A stretch of 64,000 bases of DNA from Longimicrobiales bacterium (GTDB lineage Bacteria; Gemmatimonadota; Gemmatimonadetes; Longimicrobiales; RSA9): assembly GCA_036563975.1 (NCBI GenBank), contig DATCLK010000097.1, forward strand, positions 1,286-65,285, written 5' to 3'. The notes beneath the pieces are model-generated. The model saw only the letters and a list, made by a program, of their open reading frames with translations. It ran no database searches and was not told the origin of the DNA. The stretch's first letter is position 1. Each line of letters starts with the position of its first letter. Below are positions 10,484 through 19,096 of the stretch, piece by piece. Both the position numbers and the translations under genes were made by a program.

Positions 10484-10729
10484 TCAGCCTCCGGCGACCG
10501 GGGGGATGAGCGCGACCTCGTCGCCGTCCGAAAGCGGCGTCTCGGATGGCGCGTACTCCCGGTTGACAGCGACGATGGCGTCGCGAGGGATACGCGCGAA
10601 GCCGCCTCCGCGGCTACGCACGGCCTCCACGAGCGTCGCAGCCGTGGCGCCGGGCGGCAACTCGACGTCGAGCTGGGAGGTGCCCGCGAGGTCGCGGTAC
10701 AGGGCGAACAGCAGAAGGCGGATCCGCAT
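10484..10729 (-). CDS. moaD: Molybdopterin synthase sulfur carrier subunit
   Basis: Start set at ATG 10729 (MRIRLLLFALYRDLAG...). About 81 aa, ending in the diagnostic PPVAGG C-terminus. Confidence 0.85.
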   Translation of the reverse strand: MRIRLLLFALYRDLAGTSQLDVELPPGATAATLVEAVRSRGGGFARIPRDAIVAVNREYAPSETPLSDGDEVALIPPVAGG

Positions 10730-10862
10730 GGTCCTGGTCCGCAAGCTACCGGCGCCGACGGAGGCGGGCAAGCTCCGCACGGTCGGTGCCGGCGTCGGCC
10801 CGCCGGACCTGGGTGAGGTTACCGGCGCCGGCGGAGGCAGCGTCTCCGTGCAGGGGCCTCTG

Positions 10863-11360
10863 CTACTGCGGCGGCCCGGCCGGCTCGCCCCCGGTCCCGC
10901 GGAGCGCTCGGATGCGCTCGTTCACGCGTGCCGAGATCAACATGAAGCGGGCCCGCTGCCGCGGCGTGAGCACGCCCGCGAGGGCGTCCTGCTCCTCGCG
11001 CCACAGCCGGGCCTCCCGGGCCCGCAGCTCCGCCAGCTCGTTCAGCAACCGCTCGAACTCGCGATCCGGCGTGGCGGGATCGCGGAGCGCGCGGTTCAGC
11101 TCCTGACGCAGGCGGGCCGCCTCCGCCGCGATGGCGCGTCGCTGCTCCACCGACGTGCGGAGCACACGTTCCAGGCGGGCGCGGCCCCCTGCATCGAGCT
11201 CCAGCTCCTGGGCGGCCCGGTCGAGGAACCGGTTGAGGACCTGGTGTTCGAGCTGTCCCCGTCTCGTGCCGGGCTGCTGCTGGGCGGCCGCGGCGACCGG
11301 CACCACCAACCCGAGGGCAAGGAGCCCGACCCGAACCATCCAGCGCGGTACTCGCCTCAT
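10863..11360 (-). CDS. Periplasmic Spy/CpxP-like (LTXXQ) protein
   Basis: 165-aa ORF with a signal peptide (LLALGLVVPVAAAAQQ), an all-helical Arg/Glu-rich body and an LTPRQ (LTXXQ) motif. Shares an ATGA overlap with the anti-sigma stop. Confidence 0.7.
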   Translation of the reverse strand: MRRVPRWMVRVGLLALGLVVPVAAAAQQQPGTRRGQLEHQVLNRFLDRAAQELELDAGGRARLERVLRTSVEQRRAIAAEAARLRQELNRALRDPATPDREFERLLNELAELRAREARLWREEQDALAGVLTPRQRARFMLISARVNERIRALRGTGGEPAGPPQ

Positions 11361-11830
11361 GAGTCCAGTTCCGCGAGCAGCATTTCCAGCTCGTCCACAG
11401 AGAGCTGATGGAGGGCGGGCGCGATGCCGGCCACCAGCCCGTCATCGGCCGGCCAGAAGGACTGGAGCAGTCCGACCGGCGGCTCCACGTTGGCGGCGGG
11501 GTCGCCGGCCGCGGGGACGTCGAGGAGCTCCTGAACCAGCCCCCTCCCGACCACCAGGGCGCCGGCGAGCGTCGCGGCCAGGGCCAGCAGGCCTACCGCC
11601 CGCCGCTGCCCGGGGCGCCTGACCGGCAACCCGTCCACGATCCGCTCGAACAATCCCGCCGGCGGCGTCGCGGGGTTCCGCCGCAGCATCGCGATCAACT
11701 CCGCATCGGCGCGGCAGTCGTCGCAGCCCGCCACGTGCGCCTCGAGGCTTGCGCGGTCCCGCGTGCTCAACCCCGCGCCGTGCAGGGACGGCAGCAGGTC
11801 CCGTGCGGTCTCGCAATCCATGGCGCTCAT
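11357..11830 (-). CDS. Anti-sigma factor (zf-HC2 type, single TM)
   Basis: Lies in ORF 11357..12382. Start set at ATG 11830 (MSAMDCETARDLLP...HVAGCDDCRAD, an H-x3-C-x2-C motif). Has a TM segment, LLALAATLAGALVV. Overlaps the sigma-gene stop by 4 nt. Confidence 0.8.
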   Translation of the reverse strand: MSAMDCETARDLLPSLHGAGLSTRDRASLEAHVAGCDDCRADAELIAMLRRNPATPPAGLFERIVDGLPVRRPGQRRAVGLLALAATLAGALVVGRGLVQELLDVPAAGDPAANVEPPVGLLQSFWPADDGLVAGIAPALHQLSVDELEMLLAELDS

Positions 11831-12408
11831 CGGAGCAGCTCCCTGAGGCGTTTGATGCCGAGGTGATAGTTGACGCGCGCCGCGCCCTCCGAACAGCCCA
11901 CGACCGCGCTGATCTCGCCGTAGCTCAGGTCGTGGTACACCCGCAAGGTCACGGCCAGCCGCTGCTTTTCCGGCAGCCGTGCGAGCGCCCGCTCGACTCG
12001 CTCCGCCTCGGCGCCCAGCGCGACCCTCATGGCCGGGTCGGCGTGCTCCGCGGCGACGTTCGCTGCCGCTTCCAGGGCCACCTCGAATTCGCGCCGGCGC
12101 CCGCGCCGACGCGCGAGCCCGCGTGCGGCGTTCACCGCGATCCGCAGCAGCCAGGTCCGGAAACTCGCCTCGCCGCGGAACCGGTGGAGCGCTCCCAGCG
12201 CGTTGACGAACGCGTCCTGTGCCGCGTCCGCCGCGAGCTCGCGATCGCCGAGGATGCGCGCTGTCACGCCGTAGACGGCCGCCAGGTTGGACGAGACCAG
12301 CGCCGCCAGCGCATCGCGATCTCCGGCACGGGCCCGCGCGACCAGTGCCGCTTCCTCCCGGGCCGTACGCGCCGCCTCGCAACCGGTGGACACGGTCTCG
12401 CTCGCCAC
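11827..12408 (-). CDS. RNA polymerase sigma factor, ECF subfamily
   Basis: Lies in ORF 11827..12468. Sigma-2/sigma-4 regions are recognisable (DAAQDAFVNALGALHRFRGEASFRTWLLRIAVN; LSYGEISAVVGCSEGAARVNYHLGIKRLR). Start is uncertain (GTG 12408 or 12393). ATG 12468 would lie inside the hairpin downstream of the HU gene. Confidence 0.85.
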   Translation of the reverse strand: MASETVSTGCEAARTAREEAALVARARAGDRDALAALVSSNLAAVYGVTARILGDRELAADAAQDAFVNALGALHRFRGEASFRTWLLRIAVNAARGLARRRGRRREFEVALEAAANVAAEHADPAMRVALGAEAERVERALARLPEKQRLAVTLRVYHDLSYGEISAVVGCSEGAARVNYHLGIKRLRELLR

Positions 12409-12417
12409 ACCCTCATT

Positions 12418-12445
12418 GGACGCTCCAGCAGGCCGGAGCGTTAAA
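12418..12445 (-). promoter_or_regulatory. Candidate ECF-type autoregulated promoter
   Basis: The minus strand reads TTTAAC-17 nt-CGTCC. The CGTCC ends 9 nt before GTG 12408, so there would be a very short leader or none. Confidence 0.35.
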
Positions 12446-12450
12446 CGAGC

Positions 12451-12485
12451 GGCGCCCGGCACCGGCACGACGGCCGGCGGGCGCC
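12451..12485 (-). terminator. Hairpin downstream of the HU/IHF gene (possible terminator)
   Basis: GGCGCCCG...CGGGCGCC outer stem with an inner CCGGC/GCCGG pairing. On the minus strand it is followed by GCTCGTTTAA, a weak U-tract. Confidence 0.35.
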
Positions 12486-12517
12486 GCGTCCATCATCCGG
12501 CAGAGAGAACAGGCGGC

Positions 12518-12817
12518 TCAGACCTTGACCTTCTGCCGCCGCGAGACCTGGCCGCGAAGGTCCTTGGAGGGCTTGAAGATCGGCACGGCTCGCGCCGGGA
12601 CCTCGACGCGGGCGCCCGTCCGCGGATTGCGGGCCACGCGCGACTTCCGCTTCCGCACCTTGAACGTGCCGAACCCGCGGATCTCGATGTTCTGGTGGTT
12701 CGCCAAGGCCTCCTTGATCGCGTTGAGCAGGCCGTCGACGACGAGAGAGCAGTCCTTCTTGGTGATGCCGGGGCCGATCGCGTTGGCCACCTGCTCGACG
12801 AGGTCGGCTTTGGTCAT
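12518..12817 (-). CDS. HU/IHF family DNA-binding protein
   Basis: 99-aa ORF: MTKADLVEQVA..., IRGFGTFKVRKRKSRVARNPRTGARVEVPARAVPIFKPSK, which is the typical beta-arm. Confidence 0.9.
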   Translation of the reverse strand: MTKADLVEQVANAIGPGITKKDCSLVVDGLLNAIKEALANHQNIEIRGFGTFKVRKRKSRVARNPRTGARVEVPARAVPIFKPSKDLRGQVSRRQKVKV

Positions 12818-12874
12818 CGTACCTCCATCCCTGATTCAGGAGTGAGTTGAGCGGGTCGCTGCCCTCCCGCCGGG

Positions 12875-13786
12875 TCAATGCCAGTACGGGACAGCATACT
12901 TGAGACGTGGCTCCGCGCCATCGCCCAGAGACCGGGCGAGCCGGCCAAGTGCTTCCATGGTCCCACGCCCGAGGATGAGATCCAGGAGCGTGAACTCTTC
13001 CCGCGGCGGCCGGACGACCCTCGGCCGCTCTCCCAGCCCCGCCATCCGGCCGGCCGCGGCGAGCGCATCGTGGAGGTTTCCGATCCGGTCGACCAGGCCA
13101 TACTCCAGCGCCTGCCTGCCGGACAGGATGCGGCCGTCCGCGATCCGGCGCACGACATCCGGATCGAGGTTCCGTTCGGTCGCCACCACCTCCACGAACT
13201 GCTCGTAGAGGTCAACCACCACGCCCGCGAGCATCTCGCGATCCTCGGGCGTCAGCGGGCGGAACGGCGACCCCGCGTCCTTGTGCTCTGCGCTCTTCAC
13301 CACGTCCACCTGGACCCCGATCTTGGCCATCAGCTCGCTCGCGTTGGGCACTTCCAGCAGGACGCCGATGGAGCCCGTGATCGAGCCGGGGAGCGCGAAG
13401 ATCGAGTCCGCCGCGAGCGCGACGTAGTAGCCGCCGGACGCGCCCACGCCGCCGATCGATGCGACGATGGGCTCGCCGTCCTCCTCGCTGAGCCGCTTCA
13501 GCTCGTGGTAGAGGCTCTGAGCCGGCCCGACCACGCCGCCCGGCGAGTTGATGGCGAGCACGTAGCCTTTGACTGACGAGTCCTCGCGCAATCGCCGGAT
13601 CTGCTCGAGGTACTCGCGGTCGTCGCCCAGCACGCCGTCCAGCTCGATGAGCGCGATGCGGCCGCCCAACGCGAACGCATCCCCCCCGCGGCCCGCGAGC
13701 ACCACCGCGAGGATGATCCCTGCCAGCGTCATGAGGAGCACGACGGCCAGGCCGAGCGCGACGAGTTTGTTGGAGTGCCGGGACAC
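12875..13786 (-). CDS. sppA: Signal peptide peptidase SppA, 36K type
   Basis: 303-aa ORF with an N-terminal TM segment and ClpP/crotonase-like S49 motifs (INSPGG, GGVGASGGYYVA, GSIGV). Confidence 0.88.
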   Translation of the reverse strand: MSRHSNKLVALGLAVVLLMTLAGIILAVVLAGRGGDAFALGGRIALIELDGVLGDDREYLEQIRRLREDSSVKGYVLAINSPGGVVGPAQSLYHELKRLSEEDGEPIVASIGGVGASGGYYVALAADSIFALPGSITGSIGVLLEVPNASELMAKIGVQVDVVKSAEHKDAGSPFRPLTPEDREMLAGVVVDLYEQFVEVVATERNLDPDVVRRIADGRILSGRQALEYGLVDRIGNLHDALAAAGRMAGLGERPRVVRPPREEFTLLDLILGRGTMEALGRLARSLGDGAEPRLKYAVPYWH

Positions 13787-13860
13787 GTGAAACGATCGTC
13801 GAAGGACAAACGATGGTGGCGAGGAGCGGGCGCCAGCTTAACGCCATCGCTCCTGCCAAG

Positions 13861-15042
13861 TCAAGCCCTGCCTTCTCTTTCGGCCATCGCCGCCACGAAG
13901 CGGTCGAACAGGTACAGCGAGTCGTGGGGGCCCGGCGCCCCTTCCGGGTGGTACTGCACGCTGAACACCGGCAGCTCCCGGTGCTCGAGGCCCTCCATGG
14001 TGCCGTCGTTCAGGTTGACGTGCGTCACCCGCAGCGCCGGCGCGCCTTCCACCTCGTCACCCGCGCCCCGCCGCACGGCGAAGCCGTGGTTCTGCGTCGT
14101 GATCTCGACCGCGCCGTCGGCCAGCCGCCGGACCGGGTGGTTCCCGCCGCGGTGACCGTACAGCAGCTTGTAGGTCCTTCCCCCGAATGCCCGTGCCACG
14201 AGCTGGTGGCCGAGACAGATGCCGAAAACCGGCGTGCCTGAAGCGGCGAGCAGGCGGATCGCATCGAGCGCGTGCTCGACGGCTTCGGGGTCGCCCGGCC
14301 CGTTCGAGATGAACAGCCCGTCCGGCCCCCATTCCGCGAGCTCCTCGGCCGGCGTGCCTGCCGGCACGGTGCTCACGCGGCAGCCGCGCTCCGCCAGCAG
14401 CCGGAGCGACATCGACTTCACGCCGAAGTCGTAGGCCGCGACCCGGAACCGCTCCTCCCCGATGGCCGGCACGTCGTACGCCTGCTTCGTGCTGACGCAG
14501 CCCGTCAAGTCCAGCCCTTCCATGCGCGGGTGGGCGTGGATGCGCTCCATGACGGCGTCCACCGGCATGTCCGCGGGCGCGATCGCCGCCCGCATCGCAC
14601 CGGCCTCCCTCACGTGCCGCGTCACGGCCCTCGTGTCCACCCCTGTCAGCCCCACGACGCCATGCCGGGTCAGGTACGAACCCAGCGACTCCGTCGCGCG
14701 CCAGCTCGCGTGCAGCCGCGCGAGCTCACGAACGACGAATCCGGCGACCTGCGGCCGCGCGGATTCCGCATCCTCCTCGTTGACGCCGTAGTTGCCGATC
14801 AGCGGGTACGTCATCACCACGATCTGGCCGGCGTAGGACGGGTCGGTGAGGACCTCCTGGTAGCCCGTCATCGCGGTATTGAAGACGACCTCGCCGAGCG
14901 CAACGCCTTCGGCGCCCATCAGCTCGCCAGGGAACCGTCGGCCGTCTTCGAGGAGGAGAAAACCGGATCGCGGCAACGCAACCCGCCTGCAGAAGGCTCC
15001 AAGGTTGAAATGCGACACGAATTTACGGGCTACGGCCGCCAT
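13861..15042 (-). CDS. carA: Carbamoyl-phosphate synthase small (glutaminase) subunit
   Basis: 393-aa ORF: GEVVFNTAMTGYQEVLTDPSY, with the GATase triad region GICLGHQL. The first ~22 codons are rich in A/T-ending codons, so the true start may be the in-frame TTG at 14976. Confidence 0.92.
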   Translation of the reverse strand: MAAVARKFVSHFNLGAFCRRVALPRSGFLLLEDGRRFPGELMGAEGVALGEVVFNTAMTGYQEVLTDPSYAGQIVVMTYPLIGNYGVNEEDAESARPQVAGFVVRELARLHASWRATESLGSYLTRHGVVGLTGVDTRAVTRHVREAGAMRAAIAPADMPVDAVMERIHAHPRMEGLDLTGCVSTKQAYDVPAIGEERFRVAAYDFGVKSMSLRLLAERGCRVSTVPAGTPAEELAEWGPDGLFISNGPGDPEAVEHALDAIRLLAASGTPVFGICLGHQLVARAFGGRTYKLLYGHRGGNHPVRRLADGAVEITTQNHGFAVRRGAGDEVEGAPALRVTHVNLNDGTMEGLEHRELPVFSVQYHPEGAPGPHDSLYLFDRFVAAMAEREGRA

Positions 15043-15194
15043 GTCAAGCCGAGCGCCGAACCCGACCGTTTCCGCACAGGGCCGCCGTGGCCGGCCGGGT
15101 TTCGCGCGAGCGATCCGGCGCGTATTGTTCGCGGCCGCTCCCGGCGTCGGCCTGGGGGGCCGGCCTGGCAGGAACCGTACCGGTTCGCACGGGA

Positions 15195-15797
15195 ATGCGC
15201 TCGACCGAAAAGCCCACCGTCTACATCCATGCAGACGAGTCCTGCCTGGGCGTGCAATTCCGGGACAGACCCGCTCCCGGGGGCGCCGCTGGGCTCATCG
15301 AGTTCTGGAAGGACGGCGCCTGGGTCCGCCGCGATTACTGGGTGAGCGAGCCCGCCACGACCAACAACCGCATGGCCCTGCGCAGCGCGATCGAAGGGCT
15401 GCGCGCGTTGCGTGTCCCCTGCCGCGTCGTCTTCGTGTCCGACTCGGAGTACCTCGTGCGCGGCATGCGCGAGTGGGTGCCCGCGTGGCGGGCCCGGGGG
15501 TGGCGGCGGAAGACGGGGCGCGTGGAGAACGAGGACCTCTGGCGGGAGCTGGTCGAGGTCGCCGAGCGCCACGAGGTGGATTGGCGCTGGGTGCGAGGGC
15601 ACGCCGGGCACCCGCGGAACGAGTACGCCAACATGCTTGCGGTGCGGGCAGCCAAGCGGCAGGACGCGTCCGGCGGCCTCCAGCCGTCCGGCTTCGAGGA
15701 GTGGCTCGAGCAGCAGCGCCAGAAAGGGCGCTACCTCGACTTCCTCGAGTTCGCACCGCCCGAAGACGACGCCGGGGAGAGCGGCTCCGCGGGGTGA
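15195..15797 (+). CDS. rnhA: Ribonuclease HI
   Basis: Lies in ORF 15087..15797. Start set at ATG 15195 (MRSTEKPTVYIHADESCLG...). Contains NNRMALRSAIEGL, SDSEYLVRGM and RGHAGHPRNEYAN. Confidence 0.85.
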   Translation: MRSTEKPTVYIHADESCLGVQFRDRPAPGGAAGLIEFWKDGAWVRRDYWVSEPATTNNRMALRSAIEGLRALRVPCRVVFVSDSEYLVRGMREWVPAWRARGWRRKTGRVENEDLWRELVEVAERHEVDWRWVRGHAGHPRNEYANMLAVRAAKRQDASGGLQPSGFEEWLEQQRQKGRYLDFLEFAPPEDDAGESGSAG

Positions 15798-15835
15798 GCG
15801 GCGGGCCCGCACGCCGCCGGCGACCGGCGTCTCCG

Positions 15836-16579
15836 CTACGCGGCGTTCAGGACGACGTGGCGCCCGAACACCTCGGCGAAGCTCGCGGCCACCGGTCCCG
15901 CCACCTCCCGCACGCTCAGCCCCTCCAACCCGCCGGCGCGCGCCATGGAGGTGACGCCGTAGTCCCGGATCCCGCACGGCACGATCGAGTCGAAGTAGCG
16001 CAGGTCCGGATCCACGTTGAGCGCGAACCCGTGCGATGTGATCCAGCCGCTCGAGACGCGTACACCGATCGCCGCAATCTTCTCGTCCCCGACCCAAACG
16101 CCGGTCAGCCCCGGCTTCCGGCCGGCCTCGATGCCGTAGGTGGCGAGTGCCCGGATGAGGGCCTCCTCGATGTCGCGGATGTAGCGATGGAGGTCACACC
16201 GGTCGGGCTTCAGGTCGAGGATCGGGTATCCCACGAGCTGACCCGGCCCGTGATAGGTCACATCGCCCCCGCGGCCGGTCTCGAAGAGCGCGATGCCGAG
16301 GAGCCGGCGTTCGGCCTCGTCGGCGAGCACGTGTCGCGGGTCGGCGGACGTGCCCAGCGTGATGACGTGCGGGTGCTCGAGCAGCAGGAGCTGGTCCGGG
16401 ATCCGCCCGGCCCGGCGTTCCCGGACCAGCGCCTCTTGCTCGCGGAGGGCCTCCCCGTACTCGACCGTCCCCAGCCAGCGGGCGTGCAGGGGCCTGCCGC
16501 CGGGCTGGGGGCCGGCCAACCGGGCAAGGGACCGACGCGCCGCAGCCCCCCGCCCCTCGCGCCGGGTCCCCGTGTCCAT
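15836..16579 (-). CDS. lipB: Lipoyl(octanoyl) transferase
   Basis: 247-aa ORF: LLLLEHPHVITLG, RGGDVTYHGPGQLVGYPI, KIAAIGVRV. Confidence 0.9.
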   Translation of the reverse strand: MDTGTRREGRGAAARRSLARLAGPQPGGRPLHARWLGTVEYGEALREQEALVRERRAGRIPDQLLLLEHPHVITLGTSADPRHVLADEAERRLLGIALFETGRGGDVTYHGPGQLVGYPILDLKPDRCDLHRYIRDIEEALIRALATYGIEAGRKPGLTGVWVGDEKIAAIGVRVSSGWITSHGFALNVDPDLRYFDSIVPCGIRDYGVTSMARAGGLEGLSVREVAGPVAASFAEVFGRHVVLNAA

Positions 16580-16582
16580 GCT

Positions 16583-17974
16583 TCAGCCGGCCGCGTCCTC
16601 GGGGAAGTTCTCGAGGATCTCGCGGAGCCGCGAGAGGAACCGCGCCGCGTCCGCGCCGTCCACGAGGCGGTGGTCGTAGCCGAGCGAGAAGAGCGAGCGG
16701 GGCCGGATCGCGATGGTATCCGTGCCATCCACCTCGACCACCACCGGCCGCTTCTCGATCGACCCCATACCCAGGATCGCCGCAGTGCCCTCGGGAATGA
16801 TGGGCATGCCGACGAGGGTGCCGAGCACGCCCGGGTTCGTGATCGAGAACGTCGCCCCCTGGATCTCGTCCGGCTTGAGCTTGCGCTCGCGCGCCCGTGC
16901 CGCGAGGTCGTTGATGCGGCGCGCCAGGCCGACGACGTTCAGTTCGTCCGCGTTGCGCACCACGGGCACGATCAGGCCCGGGTTGAGGTCCACTGCGATC
17001 CCGATGTTGACGTCCCCGCGATAGATGATGTTGTCGCCCGAGATGGTCGCGTTGACGCGCGGGAACTCCTTGAGCACCCGGGCCGCCGCCGCCGCCACGA
17101 AGGCCGTGTAGCTGACCTTCACGCCTTGCTGCTCCCAGCGCTGCCGGTTCTGGCGGCGAATGCGGTCGATGCGCGTGAAGTCGATCTCGATGAACGAGTG
17201 GACGTGTGGCGCAATCCGCTTCGCGAGCACCATGTGCTCGGCCGTGAGCCGGCGGATGCGGTCCATCGGCTCGACGCGATCGTTCTCGCGCACCGGGAAC
17301 TCGGGATGGCGGACCTGGCTGTAGAAGATGTCCCAGAGCTGGTCCGCGCTCAGCACGCCGGCCGGTGCCGCCGCGGGCGCGGGCCGCGCCGGCGCTTGCG
17401 GCGCAGCGGCCGGCGCGGCCGCCGGCGCCTTCTCGCGCTGCTCAATGAAGGCGAGGATGTCCTGCTTGGTCACGCGGCCAGCGCGGCCGGTCCCCTGCAC
17501 CTCCGAGAGGTCGATGCCGTGCTCCGCCGCGATCCGCCGCACCAGCGGCGTCGAGCGCCGCTTCAGTCGCTCTTCCGCCGTCTCCGTCCGCCCGTCGCCG
17601 GTGGGCGCCGCGACGGGCTCGGCGCGAGCCGGCCGCTCGGCCGGCGCTGCCTCGCGCGCTGCCGGACGCGCCTCTGCCTCCGCCGGGGCTTCGGCGGGCG
17701 GCGCCGCGGCCGGAGCGGCGGCGGCCGCCCCCGCCTCCGTCTCGATGTAGCCGAGGACGCTGCCCACCTCGACGGTCGTGCCCTCAGGCACGGCGATCTC
17801 CGCAAGGACTCCGGCAGCAGGCGCTGGGATCTCCGCGTCGACCTTGTCCGTCGAGATCTCCAGCAGCGGCTCGTCCCGCGCTACCGGGTCACCCACCTTC
17901 TTCAACCACTTCGAAACCGTGCCCTCCGCGATCGACTCGCCCATCTGGGGCATTGGCACTTCGATGCGCGCCAT
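16583..17974 (-). CDS. 2-oxoacid dehydrogenase E2 (dihydrolipoamide acyltransferase)
   Basis: 463-aa ORF with one lipoyl domain (LLEISTDKVDAEIPAP), Ala/Pro linkers, an E3/E1-binding domain (PLVRRIAAEHGIDL) and a catalytic domain with DHRLVDGA. Confidence 0.93.
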   Translation of the reverse strand: MARIEVPMPQMGESIAEGTVSKWLKKVGDPVARDEPLLEISTDKVDAEIPAPAAGVLAEIAVPEGTTVEVGSVLGYIETEAGAAAAAPAAAPPAEAPAEAEARPAAREAAPAERPARAEPVAAPTGDGRTETAEERLKRRSTPLVRRIAAEHGIDLSEVQGTGRAGRVTKQDILAFIEQREKAPAAAPAAAPQAPARPAPAAAPAGVLSADQLWDIFYSQVRHPEFPVRENDRVEPMDRIRRLTAEHMVLAKRIAPHVHSFIEIDFTRIDRIRRQNRQRWEQQGVKVSYTAFVAAAAARVLKEFPRVNATISGDNIIYRGDVNIGIAVDLNPGLIVPVVRNADELNVVGLARRINDLAARARERKLKPDEIQGATFSITNPGVLGTLVGMPIIPEGTAAILGMGSIEKRPVVVEVDGTDTIAIRPRSLFSLGYDHRLVDGADAARFLSRLREILENFPEDAAG

Positions 17975-18043
17975 TTGCAGGCTCCGTTGGTGTGAGACGG
18001 CGTCGCGTTCGCGCCGCGCCGCCGCGTTGAGTCGTCCACGTCC

Positions 18044-19096
18044 CTAATACCCCGCCAGGTACCGGCAGGCCGTCACGATGTCGGCCACCTGCGGCAGGAA
18101 GTAATCCTCGAGCGGTGCCGAATACGGCACCGGGGCGTCGATGGCCGTGACCCGCAGGATGGGAGCATCCAGCCACTCGAACGCCTTCTCGCTGACCCGC
18201 ATCGCGATCTCACCCGCGATGCCGCCGGTCCGCGTGTCCTCGTGCACGACGAGTAGACGATTGGTCTTCTTGACGCTCTCGATGATCGCGTCCTCGTCCA
18301 GCGGCAGCAGCGTCCGGAGGTCCAGGATCTCGACCTCGATGCCATCTTCCGCCGCGAGCTGCTCGGCCGCCTTCTGGCTCTCGTGGACCATGCTGCCGTA
18401 CGTCACGATGGTGACGTCCCTGCCCTCCCGGTGGATCCGGGCGCGGCCGAGCGGCACCACGTAGTCTTCCGGAGGCAGCACCTCCCGCAGCGCGGGGGCG
18501 CGATACAGCTTCTTGTGCTCGAAGTAAAGAACGGGATCGTCATCCCGGATCGCGGCCTTGAGCAACCCCTTCGCATCGTAAGCGGTCGCGGGGAAGACGA
18601 TCTTGAGCCCCGGCGTGTGGAAGAACACCATCTCGGGGCTCTGCGAGTGGAACGGCCCGCCGCGCACCCCGCCGCCGACCGGCCCCCGGACCACCAGCGG
18701 GAGCGACCCACTGCCCCGGTAACGCGAGGTCGCGATGTAGTTGGTGAGCGGCTGGAAGGCGCACGAGACAAAATCCATGAACTGCATCTCGACCACGGGC
18801 CGGAGCCCCATGTGCGCCGCCCCTGCCGCAGCCCCCGTGAAGCCGGCCTCGCTGATCGGCGTGTCGATCACCCGTTCCGGGCCGAAGTATTCGAGGAAGC
18901 CCTCCGTGACCTTGAACGCTCCGCCGTATGCGCCGATGTCCTCGCCGAGCAGAAAGACCCGTTCGTCCGCCTCCATCTCCTCCCAGAGCGCTTCCCGGAT
19001 GGCTTCCAGCATCGTGACTGGCTCGCCGCGCTCCGTGCGCCGGACGTTCGCCGGCTTCTCTCGCGAGTCCGCTTTCCGGGGTGCCGTGGTTGCCAT
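18044..19096 (-). CDS. 2-oxoacid dehydrogenase E1 component, beta subunit
   Basis: 350-aa ORF that is transketolase-like, Pyr plus C-terminal domains (LGEDIGAYGGAFKVTEGF, VIDTPISEAGFTGAA). I found no alpha-subunit gene adjacent. Confidence 0.9.
   Translation of the reverse strand: MATTAPRKADSREKPANVRRTERGEPVTMLEAIREALWEEMEADERVFLLGEDIGAYGGAFKVTEGFLEYFGPERVIDTPISEAGFTGAAAGAAHMGLRPVVEMQFMDFVSCAFQPLTNYIATSRYRGSGSLPLVVRGPVGGGVRGGPFHSQSPEMVFFHTPGLKIVFPATAYDAKGLLKAAIRDDDPVLYFEHKKLYRAPALREVLPPEDYVVPLGRARIHREGRDVTIVTYGSMVHESQKAAEQLAAEDGIEVEILDLRTLLPLDEDAIIESVKKTNRLLVVHEDTRTGGIAGEIAMRVSEKAFEWLDAPILRVTAIDAPVPYSAPLEDYFLPQVADIVTACRYLAGY

Noticed and set aside
14879-17995. A very long plus-strand ORF (1038 aa). 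Similar long ORFs occur at 323-1849, 5458-6975, 29880-32126, 32163-34961, 35633-37132 and 36826-38646, on the strand or frame opposite to recognised genes.
   Set aside because: Their products are Arg/Pro/Gly/Ala low-complexity. They lie antisense or out of frame to genes with unmistakable conserved motifs (carA, E2, dnaB, coaBC, pepA and others). Stop-codon depletion in about 70% GC DNA makes such shadow ORFs expected.
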